Assembly: GCA_934096585.1 (NCBI GenBank)
Contig: CAKOMG010000002.1
Coordinates: 71,277 to 135,276 of the forward strand
Origin: an uncultured Bacilli bacterium
GTDB taxonomy: Bacteria > Bacillota_I > Bacilli_A > ML615J-28 > CAG-698
Reading direction: 5' to 3'
Length of the DNA: 64,000 bases
The notes beneath the pieces are model-generated. The model was not told the origin of the DNA and searched no databases. It saw nothing but the letters and a program-made list of their open reading frames with translations. Positions 8,771 to 18,450 of the stretch are shown one piece after another. The position numbers were made by a program, and so were the translations under genes. How positions within the stretch are numbered: position 1 is the first letter of the stretch; every line of letters begins with the position of its first letter.

Positions 8771-9331
8771 ATGGCAACTTTCACTATAAAATTAAATGTA
8801 GCATCTGAATATACTTTTTATAACAATGATGAACTTGATATTTGTCAAGAAGTAATTGTGATAATTATTGTAATGATTAACGGAATATCGTTTGTTACAC
8901 CAACTCGTATCTTTTCAACAAAGTATTATAGTGATCCAAAAAAAGCGTTTGAAAAAGAATATACACCTTCGGCTGTAGAAGAAAATATTGAAATTATCAA
9001 AGATTTAGACTTATATGATTTGGATGATAATAATACGTTATATTTTTGTATTACTAAAAATAATAATTTGATTGCTTGTACAATGCACAAAAAAAGTGAT
9101 AAGTATTTTTATTCAGGTTTTTACGAATTGTATGGTTTAAATAAATATAAGGAAGGTTTTTCATCAATAGATCATACGACTAATTTATTTGATAAAAGCG
9201 GAGAAAAGTTTTCAATATGTAAATGGGTTCTAATATCTGACATTAATGAAATTGATGTAAGTAACTATTATAAACTTAAAACCTTAAATTTTGATAATGA
9301 AAAGATTCAATTGTATTTATTAATAAAATAA
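8771..9331 (+). CDS. hypothetical cytoplasmic protein (immunity-like orphan?)
   Basis: ORF only; the true start may be an internal Met (MINGISF...). No motifs recognised. Confidence 0.35.
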   Translation: MATFTIKLNVASEYTFYNNDELDICQEVIVIIIVMINGISFVTPTRIFSTKYYSDPKKAFEKEYTPSAVEENIEIIKDLDLYDLDDNNTLYFCITKNNNLIACTMHKKSDKYFYSGFYELYGLNKYKEGFSSIDHTTNLFDKSGEKFSICKWVLISDINEIDVSNYYKLKTLNFDNEKIQLYLLIK

Positions 9332-9348
9332 TACTTTAAGGAGCTATT

Positions 9349-9887
9349 ATGCGTAAAACTTTTACTTTACTTTTATGTTTATACTTTATTTCTTTTTTGA
9401 CAAGTTGCAATATAACAAAGAAAAAAGAATGTTTGAATATGAAAATTTCGAGAAGTTTCATTACAATAGTAAAATATATTGTTTACCTGATAATTTTAAT
9501 GAAATTTATTCCAAATTCAATTTTTATGGAAATAACCACCAGGTAGGATATACTATTGGAGTATACAACAATATATATAAAACTTGCATTCTTGATAGTG
9601 ATAAAGATGAAAAAATTCTATTTCAAGACAATAGTAGATATTTTTGGTTTAAAGAAGGATTTGTCTTTCCAAATATAGAAGAATCAGTTGTTACTAAATT
9701 ATTAATAGAAAAATTAGCTTCAAAAGGATATATTATAAAAGAAAAAGAATATGCTTTAAAAAATATTTCTATAAATGAATTTTTTACTGAATATGTGATT
9801 AATCAAAATAATAATTCTTTTTTAAATGATGAAAACAACTTTTTGACATTTAGAATTAAGTATATTTATGAAGACTATATTGTTTAA
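9349..9887 (+). pseudogene. lipoprotein gene split by a -1 frameshift at an A6 tract (9421-9426); candidate phase-variable or pseudogenised
   Basis: Frame 1 encodes a lipoprotein signal peptide, MRKTFTLLLCLYFISFLTSC...NITKKK, then terminates. Frame 0 continues as ...KEKRMFEYENFEKFHYNSK... for 150 more codons. Inserting one A in the run (A6 to A7) fuses them: ...LTSCNITKKKRMFEYENF... Confidence 0.4.
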
Positions 9888-9921
9888 ATTCAAAAATATT
9901 AAGAAGATAGGTGTAAATAAA

Positions 9922-10170
9922 ATGAAAAATGAAAAAGAATATGCAGAAAAGTGGTATAGGCGTTATAGAGAAATAGCGATTGGCTTTGTTATATTAAGCA
10001 TTAGTTTGATAATTCTGCTCTTATATTTCCTACTAATTTTAAAATTTTTTAATATAAAATTTATTTGTTTTTTCTTGATTATGTGTTTATTTAGTAGTGG
10101 TGTAGCTATTGATAAATATATTAATTTAAAAAGAAGTTTGGAATCTAAAATTGGTATAAATGTAATATAG
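9922..10170 (+). CDS. small membrane protein (about 83 aa)
   Basis: MKNEKEYAEKWYRRYREIAIGFVILSISLIILLLYFLLIL...; internal ATG chosen over the track start at 9868. Confidence 0.35.
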   Translation: MKNEKEYAEKWYRRYREIAIGFVILSISLIILLLYFLLILKFFNIKFICFFLIMCLFSSGVAIDKYINLKRSLESKIGINVI

Positions 10171-10450
10171 ATTAGATGACTGCTTAGAAATTAATAATTT
10201 GTATGAGCATATTATTAAAAACTTTGAATAATTTTTATCCTCATTATAATTAGAAAAATTGATTATATAATTTTCGTATGAGAAAAATCATAATTTAAAA
10301 TAGTTAAATAAATAATATGAGTTAATTATGTTTTTGTAAATGGATATCTATAAAAGTGTTGTTAGAGTGCAAGTTATTTTTTAGATATATATATAAACTC
10401 CAAGAAATTTAAATACTCATAAAAAGTTAGATTTAATTTCTAACTTTTTT

Positions 10451-10479
10451 TTGCTTTTATTTATAAAACATGTTATAAT
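10451..10479 (+). promoter_or_regulatory. sigma-A-type promoter TTGCTT-17-TATAAT upstream of the TetR gene
   Basis: TTGCTT at 10451-10456, a 17-nt spacer, TATAAT at 10474-10479. Confidence 0.5.
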
Positions 10480-10483
10480 ATAA

Positions 10484-10495
10484 ATGAACGTTCAT
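10484..10495. promoter_or_regulatory. perfect 12-bp palindrome ATGAACGTTCAT between the -10 box and the RBS; candidate TetR operator
   Basis: ATGAAC|GTTCAT is self-complementary. It lies 5 nt downstream of the -10 box and 9 nt upstream of the GGGTGG RBS of the TetR gene. Confidence 0.45.
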
Positions 10496-10516
10496 ATAAT
10501 GAAAGGGTGGTATAAA

Positions 10517-11086
10517 ATGAGAACAAGAAATGAACAAATTTATAGTGAAAAAAAAGCACAAATAATGGAAGCATGTTATGAATGCTATGCAGAAAATGGG
10601 TTGCATGGTACAGGTATTTCCGCATTAGCAGAAGCGGCTAATATTTCAAAAGCTTCATTTTATCTTTATTTTAAAGATATTGATGATTTGATTATTCAAT
10701 CCACAGACTATTGTATGACCAAAGTAGAAGATGATTTTATGGAAAAAGCACCGACTAATCTTCAAGATATAGAGCGGTTCATTGATGAAGTTCCTGAATG
10801 GACTGCTAAAAAACATGGAAAGAAATATCGTTTAATGTATCAAGTATATACACATCCAAAATATATAGAATATGGAAAAAAGTTTTTTGAAGGCGTAGAA
10901 AGAAGATACACAGAATATGCCAAAAAATTAGAACCTAAATTAGGAGTTTCTTATAATATTATTTTACCCTTAATATTTATTTTTGTTCGAGCATCTGTTC
11001 ATTATGCAATGTTTGAAGATAAATATTATATGTCATCACAGATGACAATTTTAAAGGAAGCGGTAAAAATGTTTAGTCAAAAATAA
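10517..11086 (+). CDS. TetR/AcrR family transcriptional regulator
   Basis: N-terminal HTH 'KKAQIMEACYECYAENGLHGTGISALAEAANISKASFYLYFKDIDDL' is typical TetR_N. Start moved to ATG 10517 (RBS AGGGTGG); the track start at 10484 lies inside the palindrome. Confidence 0.8.
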   Translation: MRTRNEQIYSEKKAQIMEACYECYAENGLHGTGISALAEAANISKASFYLYFKDIDDLIIQSTDYCMTKVEDDFMEKAPTNLQDIERFIDEVPEWTAKKHGKKYRLMYQVYTHPKYIEYGKKFFEGVERRYTEYAKKLEPKLGVSYNIILPLIFIFVRASVHYAMFEDKYYMSSQMTILKEAVKMFSQK

Positions 11087-11107
11087 TAAAAAAAAGGAGG
11101 AAATAGT

Positions 11108-12562
11108 GTGAATAAAAACAGTATTAAAAAGATTTTGCTAATAGCTATACCTATATTACTAGTAGCTATTATTGTAACACTTGGTATTATTATTGGTAAT
11201 AATATAAAACCAGATCAATATGCAACTATTACTTATGAAGAAAATGGTGGAAGTCATGTTGAAAATAAACGTTATAAAAAAGGAACTAAAATAACACTTC
11301 CTGAAACAACAAAAGAAAATAGGGTATTTAGGGGTTGGTATTTTGATATTGAATTCACTAATAAAAGTGCTGATGAAATAATAATAGAAAATGATATAAC
11401 GTTGTACGCAAGATTTGGAATTAATATAATTCTTGATGCAAATGGTGGAATATCACAAGAATCAGTAATAATTGATGAAGATGGCAAACTAAATAATTTA
11501 GGAATTGCTTATAAAGATGGTTATATTTTTTCTGGATGGTTTTATGATGTAGAATGCAATAAAAAAGTTTGGGAAACAGATGTAATTTATGAAACAATAA
11601 CTATTTATGCGGGATATTCAAAAGAAGCAGTAGGCGTTATAAAAAGATTAAAAAGTGTAAAGGATGTAAGCACAACACCAGAAGTTGAAATATATTCACC
11701 TAATATAGTTTTACATGATGAAAATTTAAATGAATATATTTATGGTGAAAATGCAAGTGGTAATGAAATAAACCTTATGTGTAAGCCTTCAAAAAAGCCA
11801 GGTTACTATATTCTTTTAACAACTCTTGATTTAGTTGAAGGTGAAAATTATTTTATTAAAACACGCACTTCAGATATTAGTTTCTGTAAAGTTGATGATA
11901 ACGAAATAGAGAATGCTGATGAACTTACTCTAACAATCAAAAAAGAAGAACGTGAAGTAATAAAGAAAAATCCAAGTATTCATATTAAAACAATGGATGT
12001 TGCCAAATTGGAAGAAGAAGTTTATACATTTATTGATCAAGATTTAGAAAAACCAGTTAATAGACTAACAATTAAAACGAATGAAATAATTGAAAAAGAT
12101 GCGATTATAACAATTGGAGAATATGATTATCCTCTGGATACTGATTACATTTGTAAAGTAATTAGTGCAAAAACTGAAAAACTCCAATATGTAATTGGAA
12201 CAGAAATTTTTGAAGATACATTTGTAATACTTGATGTTATTACTCCAAATGTTGATGACATATATGAAGAGTTAGATATTTATGGTGATAAAAAAGCAGT
12301 ATTAGAAGGAATGATTGAATTATCTGAAGAAACTGTTATTAAAAATGTTGAGGAAAACGAAGGATTTAAACGAATTAAATCATCTGTTGTTCAGTCGTTA
12401 CAAAAATCAAAATCTATTGCAGAATATGTATCAAATATAAAAGACAAAAATGAAAAAGAACTATTTATGAAACAACTTGCAGGTTTTTCATTTCAACGTC
12501 CAAAAGTAAAAGTAAATATTACAGGTACAGTTTTAGAATTTGAAATAGAACTTGGTGGATAA
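11108..12562 (+). CDS. N-terminal, membrane-anchored part of a giant surface protein, with two Listeria-Bacteroides (Flg_new-like) repeats
   Basis: RBS AAGGAGG and a GTG start. Signal-anchor KKILLIAIPILLVAIIVTLGIIIG. Repeats contain '...RVFRGWYFD...TLYARF' and 'GYIFSGWFYD'. Ends at a single TAA; the same frame stays open for the next 62 codons into the 12749 ORF. Confidence 0.6.
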   Translation: MNKNSIKKILLIAIPILLVAIIVTLGIIIGNNIKPDQYATITYEENGGSHVENKRYKKGTKITLPETTKENRVFRGWYFDIEFTNKSADEIIIENDITLYARFGINIILDANGGISQESVIIDEDGKLNNLGIAYKDGYIFSGWFYDVECNKKVWETDVIYETITIYAGYSKEAVGVIKRLKSVKDVSTTPEVEIYSPNIVLHDENLNEYIYGENASGNEINLMCKPSKKPGYYILLTTLDLVEGENYFIKTRTSDISFCKVDDNEIENADELTLTIKKEEREVIKKNPSIHIKTMDVAKLEEEVYTFIDQDLEKPVNRLTIKTNEIIEKDAIITIGEYDYPLDTDYICKVISAKTEKLQYVIGTEIFEDTFVILDVITPNVDDIYEELDIYGDKKAVLEGMIELSEETVIKNVEENEGFKRIKSSVVQSLQKSKSIAEYVSNIKDKNEKELFMKQLAGFSFQRPKVKVNITGTVLEFEIELGG

Positions 12563-12748
12563 TTACAAATTAACAAATTTAAGATTGAAGTTAGTGTTGT
12601 AATTAGTAATAAGACAGAAGTTAATTATAATTACACAATATGTAAATCAAAAAAAGTAACGTTAAATCCTTTACTTTGGTTTTACACTAATGTACAAGTA
12701 GACTTAAGTAATGACTTTTCAATTTCTTTAGAAGCAAAAGTTGAATTT

Positions 12749-15700
12749 GTGGATAGCGATGAAACTTTGAATAGAATTGATATATCAGAAGAAATTAAAG
12801 AAATTATCGATTTAAATAAGGATGCATATAATAAGTTAACAGAAGCAATTAGTGGTAACCCACTTATTGATGAAGAAGAAAGTGAATTAGAATATGTTGA
12901 TATATTTAATATACAATTAGGTGCTATTCCATTACCACTTCCAGTTATTAGTCTACAATTAGAGTTTAATGTTGTAGGATCATTAGGAGCAAGGGCAGGA
13001 CTTTACATTGAGTTTAATCATCACTATGTTGAGTCTACAACCTTAACAAATGGGACAGGAGAATTTGATGGTAGAAATAGACCAGTAATGCATGATTCAT
13101 TCAAATTCACAAGAGTTACAACAGAAAATGAAATGGATATTGCCATTACATTAAAGGGACAAGTGGGGTTTAGATGTGGTTTAGAAGCTAGGCTATCATT
13201 ATCAATTTTACAATTAAATTCTGTCGCATCTGTCTATGTATCGTTCCGTTTTGGACCATACATTGAGATTAGTGGTTTAGTAAGTTTTCGATATAGTTAT
13301 GATGCAGTAAGAAAAGTAAGTGCAACTCAAGTATATGGAGGAATATACTTAGAGGTTGGATTATTTGTAAATGCTAAACTGGGTGCCAAGTTTTTAGTTT
13401 ATAATATTAATACTGACATATTTGATACAAAAATAAAATTATATGATGTTGGTGATCGTTTAATTCCATTAGAGTTTGCGGAAAAAAGCAATTCTCCAGA
13501 TGATCCATACGTTATAACAGGTAGATATAGTGGTGTAAATATGCGCAATATTGAAATGCGCTATTTAGATATAGTCACTGGTAAAAGAGTAGTTGATAGG
13601 GCGAGTCATAATCAATATGGCGGATGTTTTGATTATGCAATTGAATTTGTGGATGTGCCAGAGTATCAAACAGATGATTATCAAAAATATGTTACTTTAG
13701 CTGGTGGGCAAGCAACATATGTTAGTAAGGCTTATCAACCTAAATCACTTAAGTTTGTTGTTAGACTTACATTAATTCCAAAGAATGGAATGTTAGCAAG
13801 TGGAATAGAACGCATTGTATATATGGAATACTATAACGCTAATGGACGAGATTTAGTGACCAAAAATAGTAAGTTTTTAAATGAATATGAAACAGGTTAT
13901 GGAACTAAGTATTCTGAAGTTATTGATTATCAAACAGTTATTGAAGGAGAGTATGTAACTCCGCCAATTACTGATGCTTCAATGTTTCCTATTCGTCATG
14001 GATACTATCTAGATATCAATGATTTATGGGAAAAATATTATCCTTATTTAGGAGATAAAGTAGATGAATCATGGGATGGAAAATTTAATAAAGTAACATA
14101 TGATGATCTTTCAACAACATTTTATCGTTTAAAATGGAAACAAAGAACATATCAAGGAAACTTCTATATTCCTGATTATGATGTTTCATTAAATGGCGAT
14201 AAATACAAATTAGCTAATAGCTTTAAAATGAATTATGTTCCTGCTTTACAATCATTTATTGTTTATACGGATTCAATGCCAATCCCAACAATAGAAGGAA
14301 AGAAATTTGGCGGCTATGAAAATACAAAAGGATTATCATTTACTAATAATTATTATGTTGTTGATAGCAGTTCTTTGGTATTTAAAGATATTGATGTTGA
14401 AGATAAAACTTATCCGATTGTTAATGTAGATAAAAATAATTATTATTACTTAAGTGGTTTTAATAGTGATAATTTAACATTTGATTTTTATGCTAAGTAT
14501 GAAGATACAGTTGTTTATACAGAAACTTATGTATTAGAAACTACTTCAACAACACGTATAAAACAAGAATATAAGCCATTTGACTATAAAGGAAAAGATA
14601 TTACGCCAATTCCTCCAAAAGAATTTGCCATTGGATCTGAATTTATACATGATGGTAAAACTTATGTTATAACTGGTTATATGGATATTAATAATAATGA
14701 TTATGCTAATAGTCGATATTACAAAGTGGCAGATATGCCTAATGTAGACAAAAATAGAATTTATTATGTTTTATATGAAAGGAAAGGTTTATCAAGTTTA
14801 CCAGTTTACTATATTAATATTAAACTTAATGGTAAGCATATCGGAAGTTATCCTGTCAAAGAAGGAGAAAAAATAGAGTATGCAACTTTAAAAATTAATT
14901 TTGATGATAAATCGATTTTAAGTAATTACTTAGATTATCCTCGTTCTTTATTGGATCAAGTATTAGAAACTGGTTATAAAATTACATGGCCTGATTTATC
15001 TAGTTATCCACAAGATATGCCAAATAAAGATTTTGATATAAATGTAACAGCTGAATTTAATTATAACACTTTATGTGCAAAATTTATATTAGATAATGCA
15101 TTACAATCATTCGTTAATAGTACAGGTGTTACTATTGAAGATGGTAAAACAGTATTAAATATTACGGGAAAAATGTGGAATTATGGTAAAGCGGATGATG
15201 ATGCTTATTATTCAATTCCAAGTTTAAATGATTATTATGATGCACAAACAAATAAATATTATACTTACATAGGCTGGAAAAATGAAAAGGGTGAAATTCA
15301 TTATGCTAATACAAGAATAGCATTTATTTCATCAGAAACTTTTACACCAGTATTTAAAGAAAGTAAAAAAGATGTAATTATTTACTTTGCAAATTATTCA
15401 GATTATGGTTATGAATATTATGAACACATACTTAAGGGTGATTATTATGGCAGAACTTTAAAAGAAGTAATGAAGGAAGCAAACATTGGAATACCATCTA
15501 GAAATGATGCAAATGGAAAAATAAAATATACATTCCTCAATTGGGGAGTTAATATTGATTCTTATATTATTGGAAGTGAAAAAGATTTAAATGGAGGTGT
15601 TAAAACTACACTTACATTTAAAGCTAATTATCAAGAAGAAAAAGAACAATATACACTTACATTTGATGCAATTGATGGCAAGTTTAACAATGGTGAAAGC

Positions 15701-18259
15701 CTAAATATAATAACTGATGAATTTGACAAAGTTATTAAATTAAATGAAATCACACCTAAAACTTATCAAACTGAAGCTGGTACATTTGTATTTGCTTTCT
15801 GGACTACGTTACCTTATGATGCGTCAACAAAAGTTACAGAGTTAGAACTTGAAATTGGAACAAGTGATAAAACATACTATGCATATTATATATTAAATCC
15901 AGCAACAATTACTCTTAATTTTAGTGGTAAAGTAGAAGTGGAAGAAACTGAAGGTACAGGGAATGTTTATTTTAATAACAATAAAAGTGATACTATTTTA
16001 AGTGTTCAAGGCACTTATGGAACTTCTTATTATGTACTTGCTAGTATGTTTAAGGTGGATGTTAAATCAAAAACATATGTTCCAAGTCATTTGAAATGGA
16101 CTGTTGATGGTGTGGAGTATATTAGTGAATTTTATAATGATAATTATATGGCTAGAATTCCATTTGATCATAATGTAGATGTAGAAATAATATTTAAGGA
16201 ACCTACAACTAAAAAAGTAACGATTACATTTATTTCAGATGGTAAATGTTACGATGTTGATGGCAATGAACTGGATGGTATATATTGTAAGGGAGTAATG
16301 GGAGACTTGCGACACTTTACAAACTATACACAGGACTATGGAACAACAGTAAAAGCACCAAATGTTTACTATTATAGTGATAATTATTATGTATTTGATG
16401 GTTATGTAACTACTGTCTTGAGTGATAGTGGGGATGCACAAGTTATTAAAGTAAAAGCAGGAGATGAAATTGTATTTGATGAAGATAGAGTTTATACAGC
16501 TGTATATCTTCATGATACTAATGCCCCTGTTGAAATTACTTTTAAATCAGAACCATATGGTGGAGTAATTGAAGAACAAGACAAAATAGATGGGTTAATG
16601 ATATTCCCTGATGGTAGTGTTGAGATTCAACATTTTGGTATTAATGGTGAATTTATCAAATTTGCTACCGAACCAAAATGTAATGGTAAAAAGTTTATTG
16701 GTTGGACTACTAATGGTAAAGATTTAATAACAATGGAAGAACTTAATAATTTAGTTTATACAGAAAAAGTAACATACTATGCTGTATTTGAAGATAATAC
16801 TGAAGGATTTAACGTAACAGTAAATAGTGGAGTTGGTGAATTTACAGATAATACAAAACAAAAGAAATTAATGAATGTTTTATTTGGTACTTTAACAATT
16901 GATTTAGAAAAACCAATCTATAATATGGACAACATGGTTTTTAGTCATTATGAAGATAAAGATGGCAATCCTGTAACAGCAATAGAACATGATATAGAGT
17001 TATATGCTTGTTATGGAATTGAAATTAATGATATCATAGGACTTAAAAAAGTAAATGAAGCACCTAATGCAAACTACGTATTAACAAAGGACATTACAAT
17101 AGGAATGAGTGCTATGCATATTGGCTTTATTGATACAATTGAATGGGAAAGTATTGGAAGCAGTTCAATTAATGGTTTTTCAGGAAAATTTAATGGTAAT
17201 GGTCATATTATAAGATTTAACGCAAGTGTAGAAACATTAGAAAACTTTGGATTATTCTCTAAAGTAAGTGGATTGGTATATAACTTATATGTAGCTGCCG
17301 CATTCGAATATCAAGGTACTTTAACAAAAGAAGCAGTACTTGGTACGTTTGCTAGAGAAGTTACAACATCTGGAAGAGTTATTGATTGTGGAAGTGGCCA
17401 AACAATTAATTTATCAATTATTACAAATAAAAAAATAACAATTGGTGGTTCAATTGGTGCCAATTATGGTTTGGTTGATGGCTTCTTTAGTTCAATGAAT
17501 GGAACTATACTTTTAGAAAATAATAGTTCAAGTTATATTGGATCAGTAATAGGTGCTAACTATGGAACTGTTAAAAATACAACACAAACAGGTAGAAATG
17601 GTAATATAGCAATTGTATTGCCACGAAGCCCTGAAACTTATATTGGTAATTTAATAGGTTATAATGAAGGATTACTTGAAAATAGCTTTGTTGATAGAAG
17701 TGTGTATATAAGCTTTATGGATGGAAGTAATAGGTATTTAACTGATCAAGTTATAGTTTCAGGAATTGTTGGACTAAATAATGGATTAATTAATGAGTGT
17801 ACTTTCTATAATAATGCCTTTTATTATCAAATAGGTAATATAACAATTGGTCAAGATTTATATTTAGTTTCTTTAGATTATGATAAAACAATGAAATTAG
17901 AAAGATTATCAGTTTATTTATGTGAAGAAACTAGTCAAGGCCCAATGTATATTTTGAAGTATATTATATATATGGATGAAAATACAACTAAGCGTGAATC
18001 TGATGATTGGGAAGAATATACTTATAGTGAATTTGCGAAAGCTTATCCTAATATTTATAATAAAATAAAAGGAATAGATACACTTATTAGTTATAATAAT
18101 ATTTCAACAAATCTACCAAATGGTAAAACAAATAATATTTCGATTGTTGATGAAGTTGGAACGGGAAATATTACTGCTCTTGCAAGTAGTTGTAATTATA
18201 ATGAAATTAAATGGAGTTATTTAAGAAGGTTATACGCAACTAATTATAATAAGTGGTAG
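12749..18259 (+). CDS. giant (1836-aa as called) beta-rich surface protein with C-terminal GLUG-type repeats; probably continuous with the 11108 ORF
   Basis: Same frame as 11108-12562 with only one TAA (12560-12562) between them. No RBS precedes the called GTG at 12749. C-terminal repeats 'GGSIGANYGLVDGFF', 'IGSVIGANYGTVKNT', 'IGNLIGYNEGLLENSFV' and 'SGIVGLNNGLINECTFYNN' match the GLUG motif (G-hydrophobic-hydrophobic-G-x-N-x-G-x-I-x-N). No LPXTG sorting signal. Confidence 0.6.
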   Translation: MDSDETLNRIDISEEIKEIIDLNKDAYNKLTEAISGNPLIDEEESELEYVDIFNIQLGAIPLPLPVISLQLEFNVVGSLGARAGLYIEFNHHYVESTTLTNGTGEFDGRNRPVMHDSFKFTRVTTENEMDIAITLKGQVGFRCGLEARLSLSILQLNSVASVYVSFRFGPYIEISGLVSFRYSYDAVRKVSATQVYGGIYLEVGLFVNAKLGAKFLVYNINTDIFDTKIKLYDVGDRLIPLEFAEKSNSPDDPYVITGRYSGVNMRNIEMRYLDIVTGKRVVDRASHNQYGGCFDYAIEFVDVPEYQTDDYQKYVTLAGGQATYVSKAYQPKSLKFVVRLTLIPKNGMLASGIERIVYMEYYNANGRDLVTKNSKFLNEYETGYGTKYSEVIDYQTVIEGEYVTPPITDASMFPIRHGYYLDINDLWEKYYPYLGDKVDESWDGKFNKVTYDDLSTTFYRLKWKQRTYQGNFYIPDYDVSLNGDKYKLANSFKMNYVPALQSFIVYTDSMPIPTIEGKKFGGYENTKGLSFTNNYYVVDSSSLVFKDIDVEDKTYPIVNVDKNNYYYLSGFNSDNLTFDFYAKYEDTVVYTETYVLETTSTTRIKQEYKPFDYKGKDITPIPPKEFAIGSEFIHDGKTYVITGYMDINNNDYANSRYYKVADMPNVDKNRIYYVLYERKGLSSLPVYYINIKLNGKHIGSYPVKEGEKIEYATLKINFDDKSILSNYLDYPRSLLDQVLETGYKITWPDLSSYPQDMPNKDFDINVTAEFNYNTLCAKFILDNALQSFVNSTGVTIEDGKTVLNITGKMWNYGKADDDAYYSIPSLNDYYDAQTNKYYTYIGWKNEKGEIHYANTRIAFISSETFTPVFKESKKDVIIYFANYSDYGYEYYEHILKGDYYGRTLKEVMKEANIGIPSRNDANGKIKYTFLNWGVNIDSYIIGSEKDLNGGVKTTLTFKANYQEEKEQYTLTFDAIDGKFNNGESLNIITDEFDKVIKLNEITPKTYQTEAGTFVFAFWTTLPYDASTKVTELELEIGTSDKTYYAYYILNPATITLNFSGKVEVEETEGTGNVYFNNNKSDTILSVQGTYGTSYYVLASMFKVDVKSKTYVPSHLKWTVDGVEYISEFYNDNYMARIPFDHNVDVEIIFKEPTTKKVTITFISDGKCYDVDGNELDGIYCKGVMGDLRHFTNYTQDYGTTVKAPNVYYYSDNYYVFDGYVTTVLSDSGDAQVIKVKAGDEIVFDEDRVYTAVYLHDTNAPVEITFKSEPYGGVIEEQDKIDGLMIFPDGSVEIQHFGINGEFIKFATEPKCNGKKFIGWTTNGKDLITMEELNNLVYTEKVTYYAVFEDNTEGFNVTVNSGVGEFTDNTKQKKLMNVLFGTLTIDLEKPIYNMDNMVFSHYEDKDGNPVTAIEHDIELYACYGIEINDIIGLKKVNEAPNANYVLTKDITIGMSAMHIGFIDTIEWESIGSSSINGFSGKFNGNGHIIRFNASVETLENFGLFSKVSGLVYNLYVAAAFEYQGTLTKEAVLGTFAREVTTSGRVIDCGSGQTINLSIITNKKITIGGSIGANYGLVDGFFSSMNGTILLENNSSSYIGSVIGANYGTVKNTTQTGRNGNIAIVLPRSPETYIGNLIGYNEGLLENSFVDRSVYISFMDGSNRYLTDQVIVSGIVGLNNGLINECTFYNNAFYYQIGNITIGQDLYLVSLDYDKTMKLERLSVYLCEETSQGPMYILKYIIYMDENTTKRESDDWEEYTYSEFAKAYPNIYNKIKGIDTLISYNNISTNLPNGKTNNISIVDEVGTGNITALASSCNYNEIKWSYLRRLYATNYNKW

Positions 18260-18267
18260 TTTAAAAT

Positions 18268-18327
18268 AAGCTATTTTCAATGATACTATAGTTTTATACT
18301 ATTGTATTTATTGAAGATAGCTTTTTA
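18268..18327 (+). terminator. possible intrinsic terminator after the giant gene (imperfect 13-bp stem, long loop, T-run)
   Basis: AAGCTATTTTCAA (18268-18280) pairs with TTGAAGATAGCTT (18311-18323), followed by TTTTT. The loop is about 30 nt, so this is weak. Confidence 0.3.
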
Positions 18328-18450
18328 ATGAATTTAAAAATAAAAATATTTATCAATAGATTAACAAAATGATTATTAGTGTGATTAAATATGATAAGAA
18401 AAGGTATAAAACTGAAAATCAAACAACAAAAGTAAATTAATAATTTTTTA

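Noticed and set aside
9349-9546. Treating 9349-9546 as an independent 65-aa lipoprotein gene
   Set aside because: A lipobox signal peptide followed by only about 40 residues, overlapping a longer ORF in another frame, is better explained by a frameshift at the A6 tract. It is reported instead as a pseudogene or phase-variable gene.
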